64,000 bases of DNA from Candidatus Omnitrophota bacterium (GTDB lineage Bacteria > Omnitrophota > Gorgyraeia > Gygaellales > Profunditerraquicolaceae), in the NCBI GenBank assembly GCA_041650835.1, contig JBAZKL010000003.1:35682-99681 (forward strand), in the 5' to 3' direction. The first letter of the stretch is position 1. The number at the start of each line of letters is the position of its first letter. The notes under the pieces are model-generated. The model saw only the letters and a program-made list of their open reading frames with translations, made no database searches and had not been told where the DNA came from. Positions 42,814 through 52,379 of the stretch are shown here, piece by piece. A program made the position numbers and the translations under genes.

Positions 42814-43050
42814 TCAAGGCTTCTTGTCCACCAACAGCACAAATTTAACAAGCCTGATTATTTCTATTAAACTGGCTAAAAAACCCGTGCCGATACAAAT
42901 ATAATACACCCACGCACCTGCGTTAAATTGCTTTACGAAATATTCACCTGCCAGATATCCGGCCACCGGGCCAGAGGCCAACAAGAGCGGGATAAAAGCG
43001 GCAACGCCGGCGATCTTAATTAATTTATAGGGTCCTTCTTTTTCAGCCAT
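42814..43050 (-). CDS. small two-TM membrane protein upstream of atpB (AtpZ/AtpI-like)
   Basis: 78 aa, position as first gene of atp operon. Confidence 0.45.
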   Translation of the reverse strand: MAEKEGPYKLIKIAGVAAFIPLLLASGPVAGYLAGEYFVKQFNAGAWVYYICIGTGFLASLIEIIRLVKFVLLVDKKP

Positions 43051-43260
43051 AAAGAAAAAAGGCGCCCTTCATCCAATCATTGGAGGAAAAAACGCCTTAG
43101 TTTTTGTTTCAACACCCAAACATATCTGATTGTTTGGTGGCCTCGTGGGCAAAAAAAAATCTTTTTGCGAAGCTGCAAAAAGACTTCTATGTCTTACCTG
43201 TCAACTCTGTACAAGACTATTATAATAAACAAGCTGTTTTTGTCAAGCCTTTATTGCTTA
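43050..43260 (-). promoter_or_regulatory. promoter-leader module copy 2 (TTGACA-N16-TATAAT; hairpin+U9; covarying hairpin; hairpin+U6 ~4 nt before ATG) driving atp operon
   Basis: near-consensus sigma70 hexamers. Confidence 0.55.
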
Positions 43261-43998
43261 ATCTCTTTTACCTCTGATATCTTTTGCCAAAATGATCGCC
43301 TCAGCGATCTCTCGCATGCCCTTACGCATATCCATACTTTGCTTCTGGATCAGCCGGAATGCTTCCGCGGAAGAAATATTGGCTTCCTGGGACAAAATAT
43401 CCTTCGCGCGTTCAACGAGCTTCCTGGTAGTCAAAGCTTCTTCTGCGGTGCGGGCGCGAACATCCAGTTCAGCATTCTCGATCGCCACGGCAGCCTGATT
43501 AGCAAGCGCGGTCAGAATATCCACTTCGTGTTTGGTAAAGACGTGCTTTTTGGAAGTATAACAGTTCAAGACCCCGATAACCCTCCCCTTGACTGTTAAC
43601 GGCACGCTCGCCAGGGAGCAAAGGCCTTCTTTAACCGCGATATCGCCATTAAGGTACCGGGGGTCTTCTTTGACATCCAGGACAAACACCGCTTTATTCT
43701 CCTGTGCGGCTATACCGGCGATGCCTTCTCCCAGCTTAACATTCGGCTTCTTATTATAGGCCTCCGATATAGACTGCGTTGCCCGCACTACTAATTCTTT
43801 TTTTTCCGGGTCAAGCAGCATAAGCGAAGAAATTTTAGAATTCATGATCTCGGCGGTTACCTGCACGATCAAACGAAGCAACTCATCCATATATAAGCCG
43901 CTGGTGAGCAGATTGGCCACCTTTGAAAGCGCCTCGATCTGTTTAACATATACCTGGTAATTCTCTTTCTTTTTTACAATTTTAACCGCTTTAGCCAT
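43258..43998 (-). CDS. GAF-ANTAR RNA-binding antitermination regulator
   Basis: GAF domain then C-terminal ANTAR (ERAKDILSQEANISSAEAFRLIQKQSMDMRKGMREIAEAII); ATG overlaps stop of the upstream aminotransferase (ATGGCTAA). Confidence 0.75.
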   Translation of the reverse strand: MAKAVKIVKKKENYQVYVKQIEALSKVANLLTSGLYMDELLRLIVQVTAEIMNSKISSLMLLDPEKKELVVRATQSISEAYNKKPNVKLGEGIAGIAAQENKAVFVLDVKEDPRYLNGDIAVKEGLCSLASVPLTVKGRVIGVLNCYTSKKHVFTKHEVDILTALANQAAVAIENAELDVRARTAEEALTTRKLVERAKDILSQEANISSAEAFRLIQKQSMDMRKGMREIAEAIILAKDIRGKRD

Positions 43999-45157
43999 GT
44001 TTGGTTTCCCTTCGCAAGAATAACGAGATCCTGTTAACCGCTTCTTTGAGATTATCCAGGCTTGAAGCATAAGACATCCTGACGTATCCTTCGCCCGATT
44101 TTCCGAAAGCGTTACCGGGGACAACCGCGACTTTCTGGTTTTTTAACAATGCTTGCGCGAAATCAATTGAACTCATGCCTGTTTTCTTAATAGATGCAAA
44201 GGCGTAAAAGGCCCCCTGAGGCATCATGCACGGCAGGCCTAATTGATTGAGCGCATCCACAATAAATTCCCTTCTCCTGCGGTACTCCCGCTTCATCTCC
44301 TCTACCGGCTTCCTGCCGCTTTGCAAAGCCTCATACGCCGCCATCTGGGAAGTGATCGGCACGCACATGATCGTATATTGATGTATTTTGGTCATCGCGG
44401 CGATGATCTCTTTCGGGCCGCAGGCAAAGCCGACCCTCCAGCCGGTCATCGCGTAGCTTTTCGAGAATCCGTCGAGATAAACCGTATTATCTTTCGCGCG
44501 GGGGAGGCTCGCAAAAGACGTATGCTCGAAATCATAGGTCAAATCGCCGTATATTTCATCCGAAATGCACAAAACATTATGCTTTAAGAGGACCTTATTG
44601 ATCTCTGAGAGCTCTTTATGCGTATAAGAAACACCGGTCGGGTTTGCGGGATAATTAAAAATGATCGCTTTAGTCTTACGGTCGATATTCTTCTCTAAAT
44701 CAGCCGGCGTTAATTTAAACTTTTGTTTTTCAGTATCGATATAAACCGGGATGCCTCCTGCCAACTCGGTCATCGGCCCGTAAGAGACATAACTGGGGAT
44801 CGGGACCAAAACCTTATCCCCGGGGTTAGTGATCGCCCGCAAGATCAGGTCCATTCCTTCGCTGACTCCCACCGTGATCAAGATCTCTTCATCAGGGCAA
44901 TAGTCCAGATGAAACTTATTTTTTAAATACCGGCTGATACCCAAACGCAGCTTATATAACCCTTTGTTAGAGGTATACGATGTAAACCCCTGTTCAAGAG
45001 AATAAATACCCGCCTCCCGTATCGGCCAGGGAGTGACAAAATCAGGCTCACCCACTCCCAGGGAGATCACATCTTTCATCCCCAGAACCAGGTCAAAAAA
45101 AACCCGTATTCCCGAAGGCTGCATTTCCTTGACTATGTGAGCGATCCTATCGTTCAT
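43991..45157 (-). CDS. class I/II pyridoxal-phosphate aminotransferase (aspartate/alanine aminotransferase-like)
   Basis: 388 aa, SFSKSYAMTGWRVG lysine region. Confidence 0.8.
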   Translation of the reverse strand: MNDRIAHIVKEMQPSGIRVFFDLVLGMKDVISLGVGEPDFVTPWPIREAGIYSLEQGFTSYTSNKGLYKLRLGISRYLKNKFHLDYCPDEEILITVGVSEGMDLILRAITNPGDKVLVPIPSYVSYGPMTELAGGIPVYIDTEKQKFKLTPADLEKNIDRKTKAIIFNYPANPTGVSYTHKELSEINKVLLKHNVLCISDEIYGDLTYDFEHTSFASLPRAKDNTVYLDGFSKSYAMTGWRVGFACGPKEIIAAMTKIHQYTIMCVPITSQMAAYEALQSGRKPVEEMKREYRRRREFIVDALNQLGLPCMMPQGAFYAFASIKKTGMSSIDFAQALLKNQKVAVVPGNAFGKSGEGYVRMSYASSLDNLKEAVNRISLFLRRETKHG

Positions 45158-45182
45158 GACTCTTCTCTCTTGCCCGTTATGA

Positions 45183-45668
45183 TCAATACGATATTGCTAT
45201 CCGCGCATGATCTTCTTTATGTTTTAGAATTACCCCGTCTTCTTTGTATTTCTTCATTAAAAAGTGGGTCGATGTGCCTTTCACATTTACCATCGGCGCC
45301 AACTTCTCCGCCACAAAATTAGAGACGGTATGCATATCTTTGCCCTCAACGATCAACAGCAGGTCATACGTACCTGAGACCAAATAACAGCTGGAGACTT
45401 CAGGGAAGGAATATATCCGTTCGGCGATCTTATCAAAACCCACGTCCTTCTGAGGAGTAATATCCACCTCGATCAAAGCGCGGACCGTTGTATCGGGGTC
45501 CCTGACCAATTCCTTATTAATGATAGTCTTATACCTCAGGATAATGCCTTCTTTTTCATACTTTAAGACCGCCTTCTTAACGTCAGCCGGTTTCTTCCTA
45601 AGCATGGTAGCGATCTCATTGACGCTTAAACGCGCGTCTTTTTCTAATATTTCCAATATCTCATCCAT
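45183..45668 (-). CDS. Lrp/AsnC family transcriptional regulator
   Basis: N-terminal HTH LSVNEIATMLR and C-terminal RAM domain. Confidence 0.8.
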   Translation of the reverse strand: MDEILEILEKDARLSVNEIATMLRKKPADVKKAVLKYEKEGIILRYKTIINKELVRDPDTTVRALIEVDITPQKDVGFDKIAERIYSFPEVSSCYLVSGTYDLLLIVEGKDMHTVSNFVAEKLAPMVNVKGTSTHFLMKKYKEDGVILKHKEDHARIAISY

Positions 45669-45669
45669 A

Positions 45670-46401
45670 CTATATCCCTCCGTTTCGTCGATAACAGATC
45701 TTCGGCCCCTGCCTCTTATGCTCAGAGCGAGCGATCATCTTTTTGATCTTGTCGACTTTCTTCTTTGCAACAACCGGGACCTGTTTCTTTTCCAAACGCT
45801 CTAATATCTCATCCAATTCAGAATAAGTGACCCCCATCTCGTCTTCATCGGTCTGGCCGGGCCAGAGGCCAGCAGTCGGAGGTTTGGTAATCACCCGTTC
45901 GGGGATATCTAACGCGCGCGCAAGTACGCGGACATCTTTTTTCAATAGATCACCAAGGGGAAGGATATCGGTAGCTCCATCGCCATGTTTGGTAAAATAC
46001 CCGATCATAAGCTCACTTTTATTACCCGTGCCGCAGACCAGATAATTCAAGGTGTTGGCATAATAATAAAAAACAACCATACGCAGCCGGGATTTCAAAT
46101 TTGCCAAAGCCAGCTTATTCCCCCTGGGCAAGGACTTCAGGAACATATCGTATAAACCGGACAAATCGACGACTTTCGTCTTTATACCCAGCTGCCGGGC
46201 GACCAGGAGCGCATCCGCCCTGTCTTCTTTCTGGCTATGGCAGGGTAAGACCAAAGCTAAAAGCCGCTTTGCCCCAACAGCTTGTTTGGCTAAAGCGGCA
46301 ATTACACTGGAATCGATCCCGCCGCTTAACCCCATCACAATGCCTTTTACCCGTGCAAGACGTACTTGTTTCTTGATCCAGGCAACAATTCTCTCTTTCA
46401 T
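45670..46401 (-). CDS. nadE: NH3-dependent NAD+ synthetase
   Basis: GLSGGIDSSV P-loop, 243 aa. Confidence 0.85.
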   Translation of the reverse strand: MKERIVAWIKKQVRLARVKGIVMGLSGGIDSSVIAALAKQAVGAKRLLALVLPCHSQKEDRADALLVARQLGIKTKVVDLSGLYDMFLKSLPRGNKLALANLKSRLRMVVFYYYANTLNYLVCGTGNKSELMIGYFTKHGDGATDILPLGDLLKKDVRVLARALDIPERVITKPPTAGLWPGQTDEDEMGVTYSELDEILERLEKKQVPVVAKKKVDKIKKMIARSEHKRQGPKICYRRNGGI

Positions 46402-46547
46402 ACGGTAATTGGATAGAAAAATTATGCGAAAGGAAAGCGCCTTACCAGCTTTATGCCTTATTCTGAGAAAAGCACATCTTTTGGAGTTTTCTAAATATTA
46501 ATCATAGCATAATTTCAAAGAGGGTCAAGGAGATAATCGCCTGCTTG

Positions 46548-47213
46548 CTACAGCGCTTCGGGATGGTGTTTTACCACTCTTGCTTCAACCAGATAGACCA
46601 CATCTTCGGAGATATTGGTCGCGTGGTCGCAGATACGCTCAAGATGCCGGGCTATCAATAGAAGAGGAACCGCCCGGTCAGCGGTTTTCGCATCACGCGC
46701 CATATAATCATTGATCAATTCATCCTGGACCAGGTTACGCAGCTTATCCGCTTCTGAATCAGACAAAACCACTTTTTTCGCCAAATCAACATTCTTGTTA
46801 ACAAACGCCTCGATCGAATCATGCACCATATTCTGGGCAATGACCGACAATTTCGGGATATCAACTAATGGTTTCAATAAAGGCTTATCGACCAATTCAA
46901 GCACTCGTTCTGCGATATCAACTGACAGATCGGCAATACGTTCAAGCTCGGAATTGATCTTCATGGCGGTAGCAATAAACCGTAAATCACCTGCCATCGG
47001 CTGATACCGCGCGATCAGGTCGATACAACGTTCATCGATCGCCAGCTCCAGTTCATCGATAGAATTATCGTGGCCGATGATCTCCCGGGCTGCCTGCTGA
47101 TCGCGGTTTTTTAACGCCTCAATGGATTTATAGATAGATTCCTGCGTCAACGCGGCCATTTTTAGAATATCCTTATGTAACTCCTTTAACTCGTCGTCAA
47201 AATGCCTCTGCAT
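46548..47213 (-). CDS. phoU: phosphate transport system regulator PhoU
   Basis: 221 aa, two PhoU repeats. Confidence 0.85.
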   Translation of the reverse strand: MQRHFDDELKELHKDILKMAALTQESIYKSIEALKNRDQQAAREIIGHDNSIDELELAIDERCIDLIARYQPMAGDLRFIATAMKINSELERIADLSVDIAERVLELVDKPLLKPLVDIPKLSVIAQNMVHDSIEAFVNKNVDLAKKVVLSDSEADKLRNLVQDELINDYMARDAKTADRAVPLLLIARHLERICDHATNISEDVVYLVEARVVKHHPEAL

Positions 47214-47229
47214 AACTCCTCCTGAATAT

Positions 47230-47500
47230 ATATTAGTTTAGCATAAATCGCCTGATAAAACGAATTTTATATTTAATACCCCCTATGGACTATCGAATAC
47301 TTGTGTCATGTGTCTGGATTCCCTTATCCCTTAGTCCCGGCTCCGGGTGCCCCAGTCGCCAGTGCCCCAGCATCCCAGTATTTTTACGATGTAACTTTCC
47401 AGTCTCTCATGGACCGTGGATCATGGACTATGGACCATCGACTACTTGTGTCTTGTGTCATGTGACCTGCGACCAAATCCCCTCATCACCTGAGGAAGCT
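47230..47500. repeat. mosaic repeats (GGACTATGGACCATCGACTACTTGTGTCATGTG-type) between pstB and phoU
   Basis: two internal copies; related to 22840-22890 and 51760-51800. Confidence 0.45.
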
Positions 47501-48256
47501 CTACCCGTATCTTCCCGTAATATACTCTTCCGTCCGCTTATCCTGCGGGGAGGTAAAAACACTTTCAGTCTTGCCGAACTCCACCAACTCCCCTAAAAGC
47601 ATAAAACCCGTATCGTCAGAAACACGCGCAGCCTGCTGCATATTATGCGTAACAATAACAATAGTATACTTATCTTTAAGTTCACGCATGAGCTCTTCGA
47701 TCCGCGCGGTTGCCTGCGGGTCAAGCGTAGAACACGGCTCATCCATCAACAAAAGATCAGACTTTACGGCAATAAGCCGGGCGATACAAAGCCGCTGTTT
47801 TTGTTCCAGAGAAAGGCTTAAAGCTGATGCGCGCAGCCTGTCCTTTAACTCATCCCATAAAAGCACCGAACGCAAGCTCTGCTCGACCGCTTCGTACAAA
47901 TTTTCTTTTGTTTGCTTAAGGCCGTGTATCCTTAAACCAAACACCACATTCTCGAAAATGCTCAAAGGAAAAGGATTGGGTCTTTGAAAAACCATCCCAA
48001 CGTTCTTACGCAGCTCCACTAAATCAGTTTTTTGATCTAAGATATCCTTCCCGTCGATCAAAACGCGCCCCTCCATCCGAACGCCTTCCACGAGGTCGTT
48101 CATCCGGTTAAAGACCCGTAAGAGCGTAGACTTACCGCAGCCTGACGGCCCGATAATAGCGGTGATCTTTTTTTCCTGAAGGCTGACGCAAACGCTTTTT
48201 AAGGCCTGGAAACCGCTGTACCACAAATTGAGATCATGAGTGATTATTTTAGCCAT
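47501..48256 (-). CDS. pstB: phosphate ABC transporter ATP-binding protein
   Basis: Walker [10 protein letters not shown]. Confidence 0.9.
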   Translation of the reverse strand: MAKIITHDLNLWYSGFQALKSVCVSLQEKKITAIIGPSGCGKSTLLRVFNRMNDLVEGVRMEGRVLIDGKDILDQKTDLVELRKNVGMVFQRPNPFPLSIFENVVFGLRIHGLKQTKENLYEAVEQSLRSVLLWDELKDRLRASALSLSLEQKQRLCIARLIAVKSDLLLMDEPCSTLDPQATARIEELMRELKDKYTIVIVTHNMQQAARVSDDTGFMLLGELVEFGKTESVFTSPQDKRTEEYITGRYG

Positions 48257-48263
48257 AGATCCA

Positions 48264-49010
48264 TTATCCGAATTTACCGCTGATATAATCTTCCGTCCGT
48301 TTATCCTTGGGCGCGGTAAAGATCTTATCTGTCTTATCTATTTCAATCAGCTCACCCGAAAGGAAAAAAGCGGTCCTATCCCCCACCCGCGCGGCCTGCT
48401 TCACATTATTCGTCACCAAAACGATGGCGTATTGCTCTTTAAGCTTAAGCATTGTTTCTTCCACTTTCGCCGTTGATATCGGATCCAGCCCGGAACAAGG
48501 CTCATCGAACAAAATGACTTCGGGCCCGACTGCCAGGGTGCGGGCGATACAAAGGCGTTGCTGCTGTCCCCCGGACAACTTAAATGCTGAAAGAGAAAGC
48601 CTGTCTTTAACTTCATCCCAAATATAGGCCTGCCGCAAAGCCCCTTCCACAAGCCCGTCTAATTTCTTTTTTTCCCGTATGTTATGCATCCGCGCACCGT
48701 ACGCCACATTATCATATATCGATAACGGCAGCGGCATAGGCATCGCGAAAACCATTCCGACCTTCTTGCGTAAAAGCTCCAGATCCATGTCCCGAATATT
48801 CTTTTTATCGAAAGAAACCGTCCCTTCCATGCGGAAATGCGCCTGCAATTCATTGAGCCGGTTAAGCATGCGTAAAAATGTGGTCTTACCGCTGTTAGCA
48901 GGGCCGATCACGCTTAAAATCTCCCTGGTCTGTATATCCATGCGGACATTATTGATCGCTTGCACTTCCCCGAACCAGATATGGAGCCCCTCAATATTGA
49001 ATTTTACCAT
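48264..49010 (-). CDS. pstB: phosphate ABC transporter ATP-binding protein (second copy)
   Basis: Walker [10 protein letters not shown]. Confidence 0.9.
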   Translation of the reverse strand: MVKFNIEGLHIWFGEVQAINNVRMDIQTREILSVIGPANSGKTTFLRMLNRLNELQAHFRMEGTVSFDKKNIRDMDLELLRKKVGMVFAMPMPLPLSIYDNVAYGARMHNIREKKKLDGLVEGALRQAYIWDEVKDRLSLSAFKLSGGQQQRLCIARTLAVGPEVILFDEPCSGLDPISTAKVEETMLKLKEQYAIVLVTNNVKQAARVGDRTAFFLSGELIEIDKTDKIFTAPKDKRTEDYISGKFG

Positions 49011-49855
49011 TTCTTTTTCTTTCTGAACTGATACCGTATAACGATAGCTACTAAATTCATAAATAACACCAGCGTCAACAAGACCAGCGCGGTGCCATAG
49101 CGGGTCTTTTCATCGACGTTAGGCACCTGCGTTGAGATTACGTAAAGATGATACGGCAATGCCATTGCCTGGTCAAAGACCGATCCCGGCAGTCGCGGCA
49201 GATAAAAAGCCGCGACCGTAAAAAGAATAGGCGCTGTTTCACCGGCAGCTCTCCCTAACCCCAGGATCGTACCCGTTAAAATACCGGGGATCGCGTTCGG
49301 CAGGACAATATGACGAATGGTCTGCCATTTACTGGCGCCTAAAGAAAGGCTTACTTCGCGAAACGAATACGGGACGCTCTCCAAAGCTTCGCGCGAAGTC
49401 GTGATAATGATCGGCAGGATCATGATCCCCAGCGTCAATGACCCGGAAAGAATAGATGCCCCGAATTTCAGGAAAACGACAAAAAGCGCCAGGCCAAAAA
49501 GCCCATACACAACTGAAGGGACCCCTGCCAGGTTCACAATTGCCAATTTGATCATCCTGGTCAAAAGAGTATCTTTGGAATATTCGCTTAAATAGACAGC
49601 CGCCAAAAGCCCTATCGGAAGGGCAAAAATAATCGCTCCTGACACTAAATATAAAGTACCGACAATCGCGGGGAATATCCCTCCGGCGCGCATCCCTTGC
49701 CGAGGGATATCGCTCAAGAATTGCCAATTGATCGCCGGTAAGCCCTTTTGGATAATAACTAAAACGATCAAACCGACAGGCAGAACGACTAAAAAAGTAG
49801 CCAGGAATAAAAAGAAAAACGCGATACTCTGGGTTTTTTGAGGGTTTCGTCTCAT
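49004..49855 (-). CDS. pstA: phosphate ABC transporter permease PstA
   Basis: 283 aa ABC permease. Confidence 0.85.
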   Translation of the reverse strand: MRRNPQKTQSIAFFFLFLATFLVVLPVGLIVLVIIQKGLPAINWQFLSDIPRQGMRAGGIFPAIVGTLYLVSGAIIFALPIGLLAAVYLSEYSKDTLLTRMIKLAIVNLAGVPSVVYGLFGLALFVVFLKFGASILSGSLTLGIMILPIIITTSREALESVPYSFREVSLSLGASKWQTIRHIVLPNAIPGILTGTILGLGRAAGETAPILFTVAAFYLPRLPGSVFDQAMALPYHLYVISTQVPNVDEKTRYGTALVLLTLVLFMNLVAIVIRYQFRKKKKW

Positions 49856-50721
49856 CGCTTCTTATGCAAGAATATATCCGCGGTGACATTGACCGCAAAG
49901 CTGATCAAAAATAATACGATACCTATGGCGAATAAAGCGAAATAATGCTCGCTGCCGACAACCGCTTCGCCCATTTCCGCGGCAATGGTCGCGGTCAAGG
50001 TGCGCACCGGCTGCAGGATCGAAGACGGAATAACCGCGGAATTACCGGTGATCATCATCACGGCCATTGTTTCACCGATCACTCGTCCTATCCCCAGCAT
50101 GACCGCCGCCAGGATACCGGAAGACGCCGCAGGCAGGATAACGCGATAAATAGCCTGCCAATGCGTGGCACCCAGCGCCAAGGCGCCTTCTTTATATGCC
50201 CGGGGCACTGAATAAAGCGCATCTTCCGCGATAGAAACAATCGTCGGCATAGCCATAAAAGCAAGGATGATCGATCCTGAAACGGCTGTCAACCCGGTAG
50301 GCAAACCAAAGGCGTGCTTGACCCAGGGGACCAGGGTCACCATACCGATAAAACCAAGGACAACGCTGGGAATTGCCGCCAAAAGCTCAATCCCTGATTT
50401 TAAGAGCTCTTTAATATTCTGAGGCGCGACTTCCGCGATATAAACGGCGCAGGCAACGCCGATGGGGATGGAAATGATCGCAGCGCCCACGGTAACATAG
50501 AGCGACCCCAGGATCAAAGGCAGGATACCTAATTGGGGCGGCTCAGAAATCGGGTACCAGTTCTTGCCGAACAAAAACGATGGAATGCTGACTATTTTAA
50601 ATAACGCCAGCCCCTCTTTCAGCAAAAACAAGAAGATAAGCGCGACAAAGAAGATCACCGCGATCCCGCAGCAAAAGATCAACTTCTCAATGATGAATTC
50701 TTTGAATTTACGCATGATCAT
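49852..50721 (-). CDS. pstC: phosphate ABC transporter permease PstC
   Basis: 289 aa ABC permease. Confidence 0.85.
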   Translation of the reverse strand: MIMRKFKEFIIEKLIFCCGIAVIFFVALIFLFLLKEGLALFKIVSIPSFLFGKNWYPISEPPQLGILPLILGSLYVTVGAAIISIPIGVACAVYIAEVAPQNIKELLKSGIELLAAIPSVVLGFIGMVTLVPWVKHAFGLPTGLTAVSGSIILAFMAMPTIVSIAEDALYSVPRAYKEGALALGATHWQAIYRVILPAASSGILAAVMLGIGRVIGETMAVMMITGNSAVIPSSILQPVRTLTATIAAEMGEAVVGSEHYFALFAIGIVLFLISFAVNVTADIFLHKKR

Positions 50722-51569
50722 TGAACCGGCACAAAATCAGTCTCCTTAACGATAGACTGCCCTTCCTGAGAGAGTATAAAATCAACAAAGCTCTTAACCG
50801 GCCCCTGAGGCGCGGCATTGGTATATAAAAATAACGGGCGCGAAATAGGATATGCCCCCGTCATTACGTTTTCAATGGTGGGAGAGAAAAAAGCTGCCGA
50901 ACCATCTTTGGCTACCGCGATGGGTTTTTGCTTTGAAGAAATATACCCCATGCCATAATAACCGATCGCGGAAAGGTTCTGAGTTACTTCATCGGCAATC
51001 GCCTGAGAAGAAGAAAGCATGAGCGCGGAAGGCGCGAATTCTTCTTTGGAGCCGGGATCATTCTTACGCAACACATGCTCTTTAAAATAAACATGGGTGC
51101 CGGAATTTACTTCCCGGGACAGGAGCACGATCTTCTGGTCAATCCCTCCCAATTCCTTCCAATTAGTTATTTTACCGGTAAAGATCTGCGCGAGCTGCTC
51201 AAGCGTCAAATTACAAACCGGATTCCCCGGATTTACTACCACTGCCAGCCCATCCAACGCGGCCTTAATTTCATACGGAGCAATTCCTTTTTTAGCCGCA
51301 AGGTCTATTTCTTTATTTTTAATATTGCGCGAACTCATCGCGATATCACAAGAATTACTCAGAAGACTGGCGATCCCCGTGCCTGAACCTCCGCCGGTAA
51401 CCGCGATAAACTCTTCCGGATGATTCTCCATGAATCTTTCCGCCCAAGCCTGACCCAAATTCACCATGGTATCCGAACCTTTAATCTGTAGTGAATTCTT
51501 TCCTGAAGCGGCGAAAACAGGCGTTACTCCCAAGAACAATGCTACTACAAACAAGAATTTCTTGATCAT
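50718..51569 (-). CDS. pstS: phosphate-binding protein PstS
   Basis: signal peptide, periplasmic binding fold. Confidence 0.85.
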   Translation of the reverse strand: MIKKFLFVVALFLGVTPVFAASGKNSLQIKGSDTMVNLGQAWAERFMENHPEEFIAVTGGGSGTGIASLLSNSCDIAMSSRNIKNKEIDLAAKKGIAPYEIKAALDGLAVVVNPGNPVCNLTLEQLAQIFTGKITNWKELGGIDQKIVLLSREVNSGTHVYFKEHVLRKNDPGSKEEFAPSALMLSSSQAIADEVTQNLSAIGYYGMGYISSKQKPIAVAKDGSAAFFSPTIENVMTGAYPISRPLFLYTNAAPQGPVKSFVDFILSQEGQSIVKETDFVPVQ

Positions 51570-51589
51570 ATTTCCTCCTTTTCCTTATA

Positions 51590-51885
51590 GAGAATACTAT
51601 ACACTTCCCATATTATATCCATGTGAGGGCCATGTTAAATCTATGTAAAGTTTTGGAGTATTATCGAGGGGGTGTTCACAAGAAATTCAGTACAGGGATA
51701 TCCGGGAAAACTGGTAATCCGAGACTAGGGGATCGGGTGATCGGGGAATACAGACACATGACACAAGACACAGGACACACGTAGTCCATGGTCCACGGTC
51801 GATGGTCCACAGTTATAGGGTGTGGTTAAGGTTAAGATGTTAGTTTGGTTGTTAGGTTAAGGAGATGGGTTATTGAACGTTAATG
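51590..51885. repeat. mosaic of dispersed repeat modules
   Basis: ccgggaaaactggtaatccgagactaggggatcgggtgatcgggg, cagacacatgacacaagacacaggacac, tggaccatcgac, ggttaaggtta modules. Confidence 0.5.
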
Positions 51886-52020
51886 ATAAAGGTTAAAGTC
51901 TAAATAACAAAGGAAATTCAAAGAATAAAGGTTAAATTTTAAAATTACCTGACTGCAGGCAGGAATCTTGAACCTTAGACCTTTAATCTTCCTTTGTTAT
52001 TTATCCTTTAGACTTTAGAC
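51886..52020. repeat. AT-rich ~130-bp palindromic element (copy 3 of 4)
   Basis: ggttaaagtctaaataacaaaggaaattcaaagaataaaggttaaatttt ... mirror; centre acctgactgcaggcagg. Confidence 0.55.
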
Positions 52021-52130
52021 TTATCTTACTATTTATTGTTTTAAACCAAACTCCTTTACCCAACTACTAAACTAACTTCTTTACCCTTTCCTAACTACCA
52101 ATATTAAAGTAGCAGGTCCCCCCTCGACAA

Positions 52131-52379
52131 GCTCAGGGTAAACCCTTCGACTTAATTGACACGTAAGACTATCAGGCGCTCAGGGTAAACCCTTCGACTT
52201 AATGAACAGGTAATGTTATAAGACGCTCAGGGTAAACCCTTCGACTTAATTGACACGTAAGACTATAAGGCGCTCAGGGTAAACCCTTCGACTTAATTGA
52301 CACGTAAGACTATAAGGCGCTCAGGGTAAACCCTTCGACTTAATGAACAGGTAATGTTATAAGACGCTCAGGGTAAACC
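52131..52379. repeat. 47-bp tandem repeat x5.3 (units A-B-A-A-B-partial); last units encode the C-terminal codons of PhoR
   Basis: gctcagggtaaacccttcgacttaattgacacgtaagactatcaggc / gctcagggtaaacccttcgacttaatgaacaggtaatgttataagac. Confidence 0.85.

Noticed and set aside
47501-49010. pstB duplication as a novelty
   Set aside because: Tandem pstB1-pstB2 is a known arrangement in several phyla, so it is listed as a feature only.
52131-52379. Possible CRISPR array
   Set aside because: The units are directly contiguous 47-bp repeats with no unique spacers, and there are no cas genes in the window.
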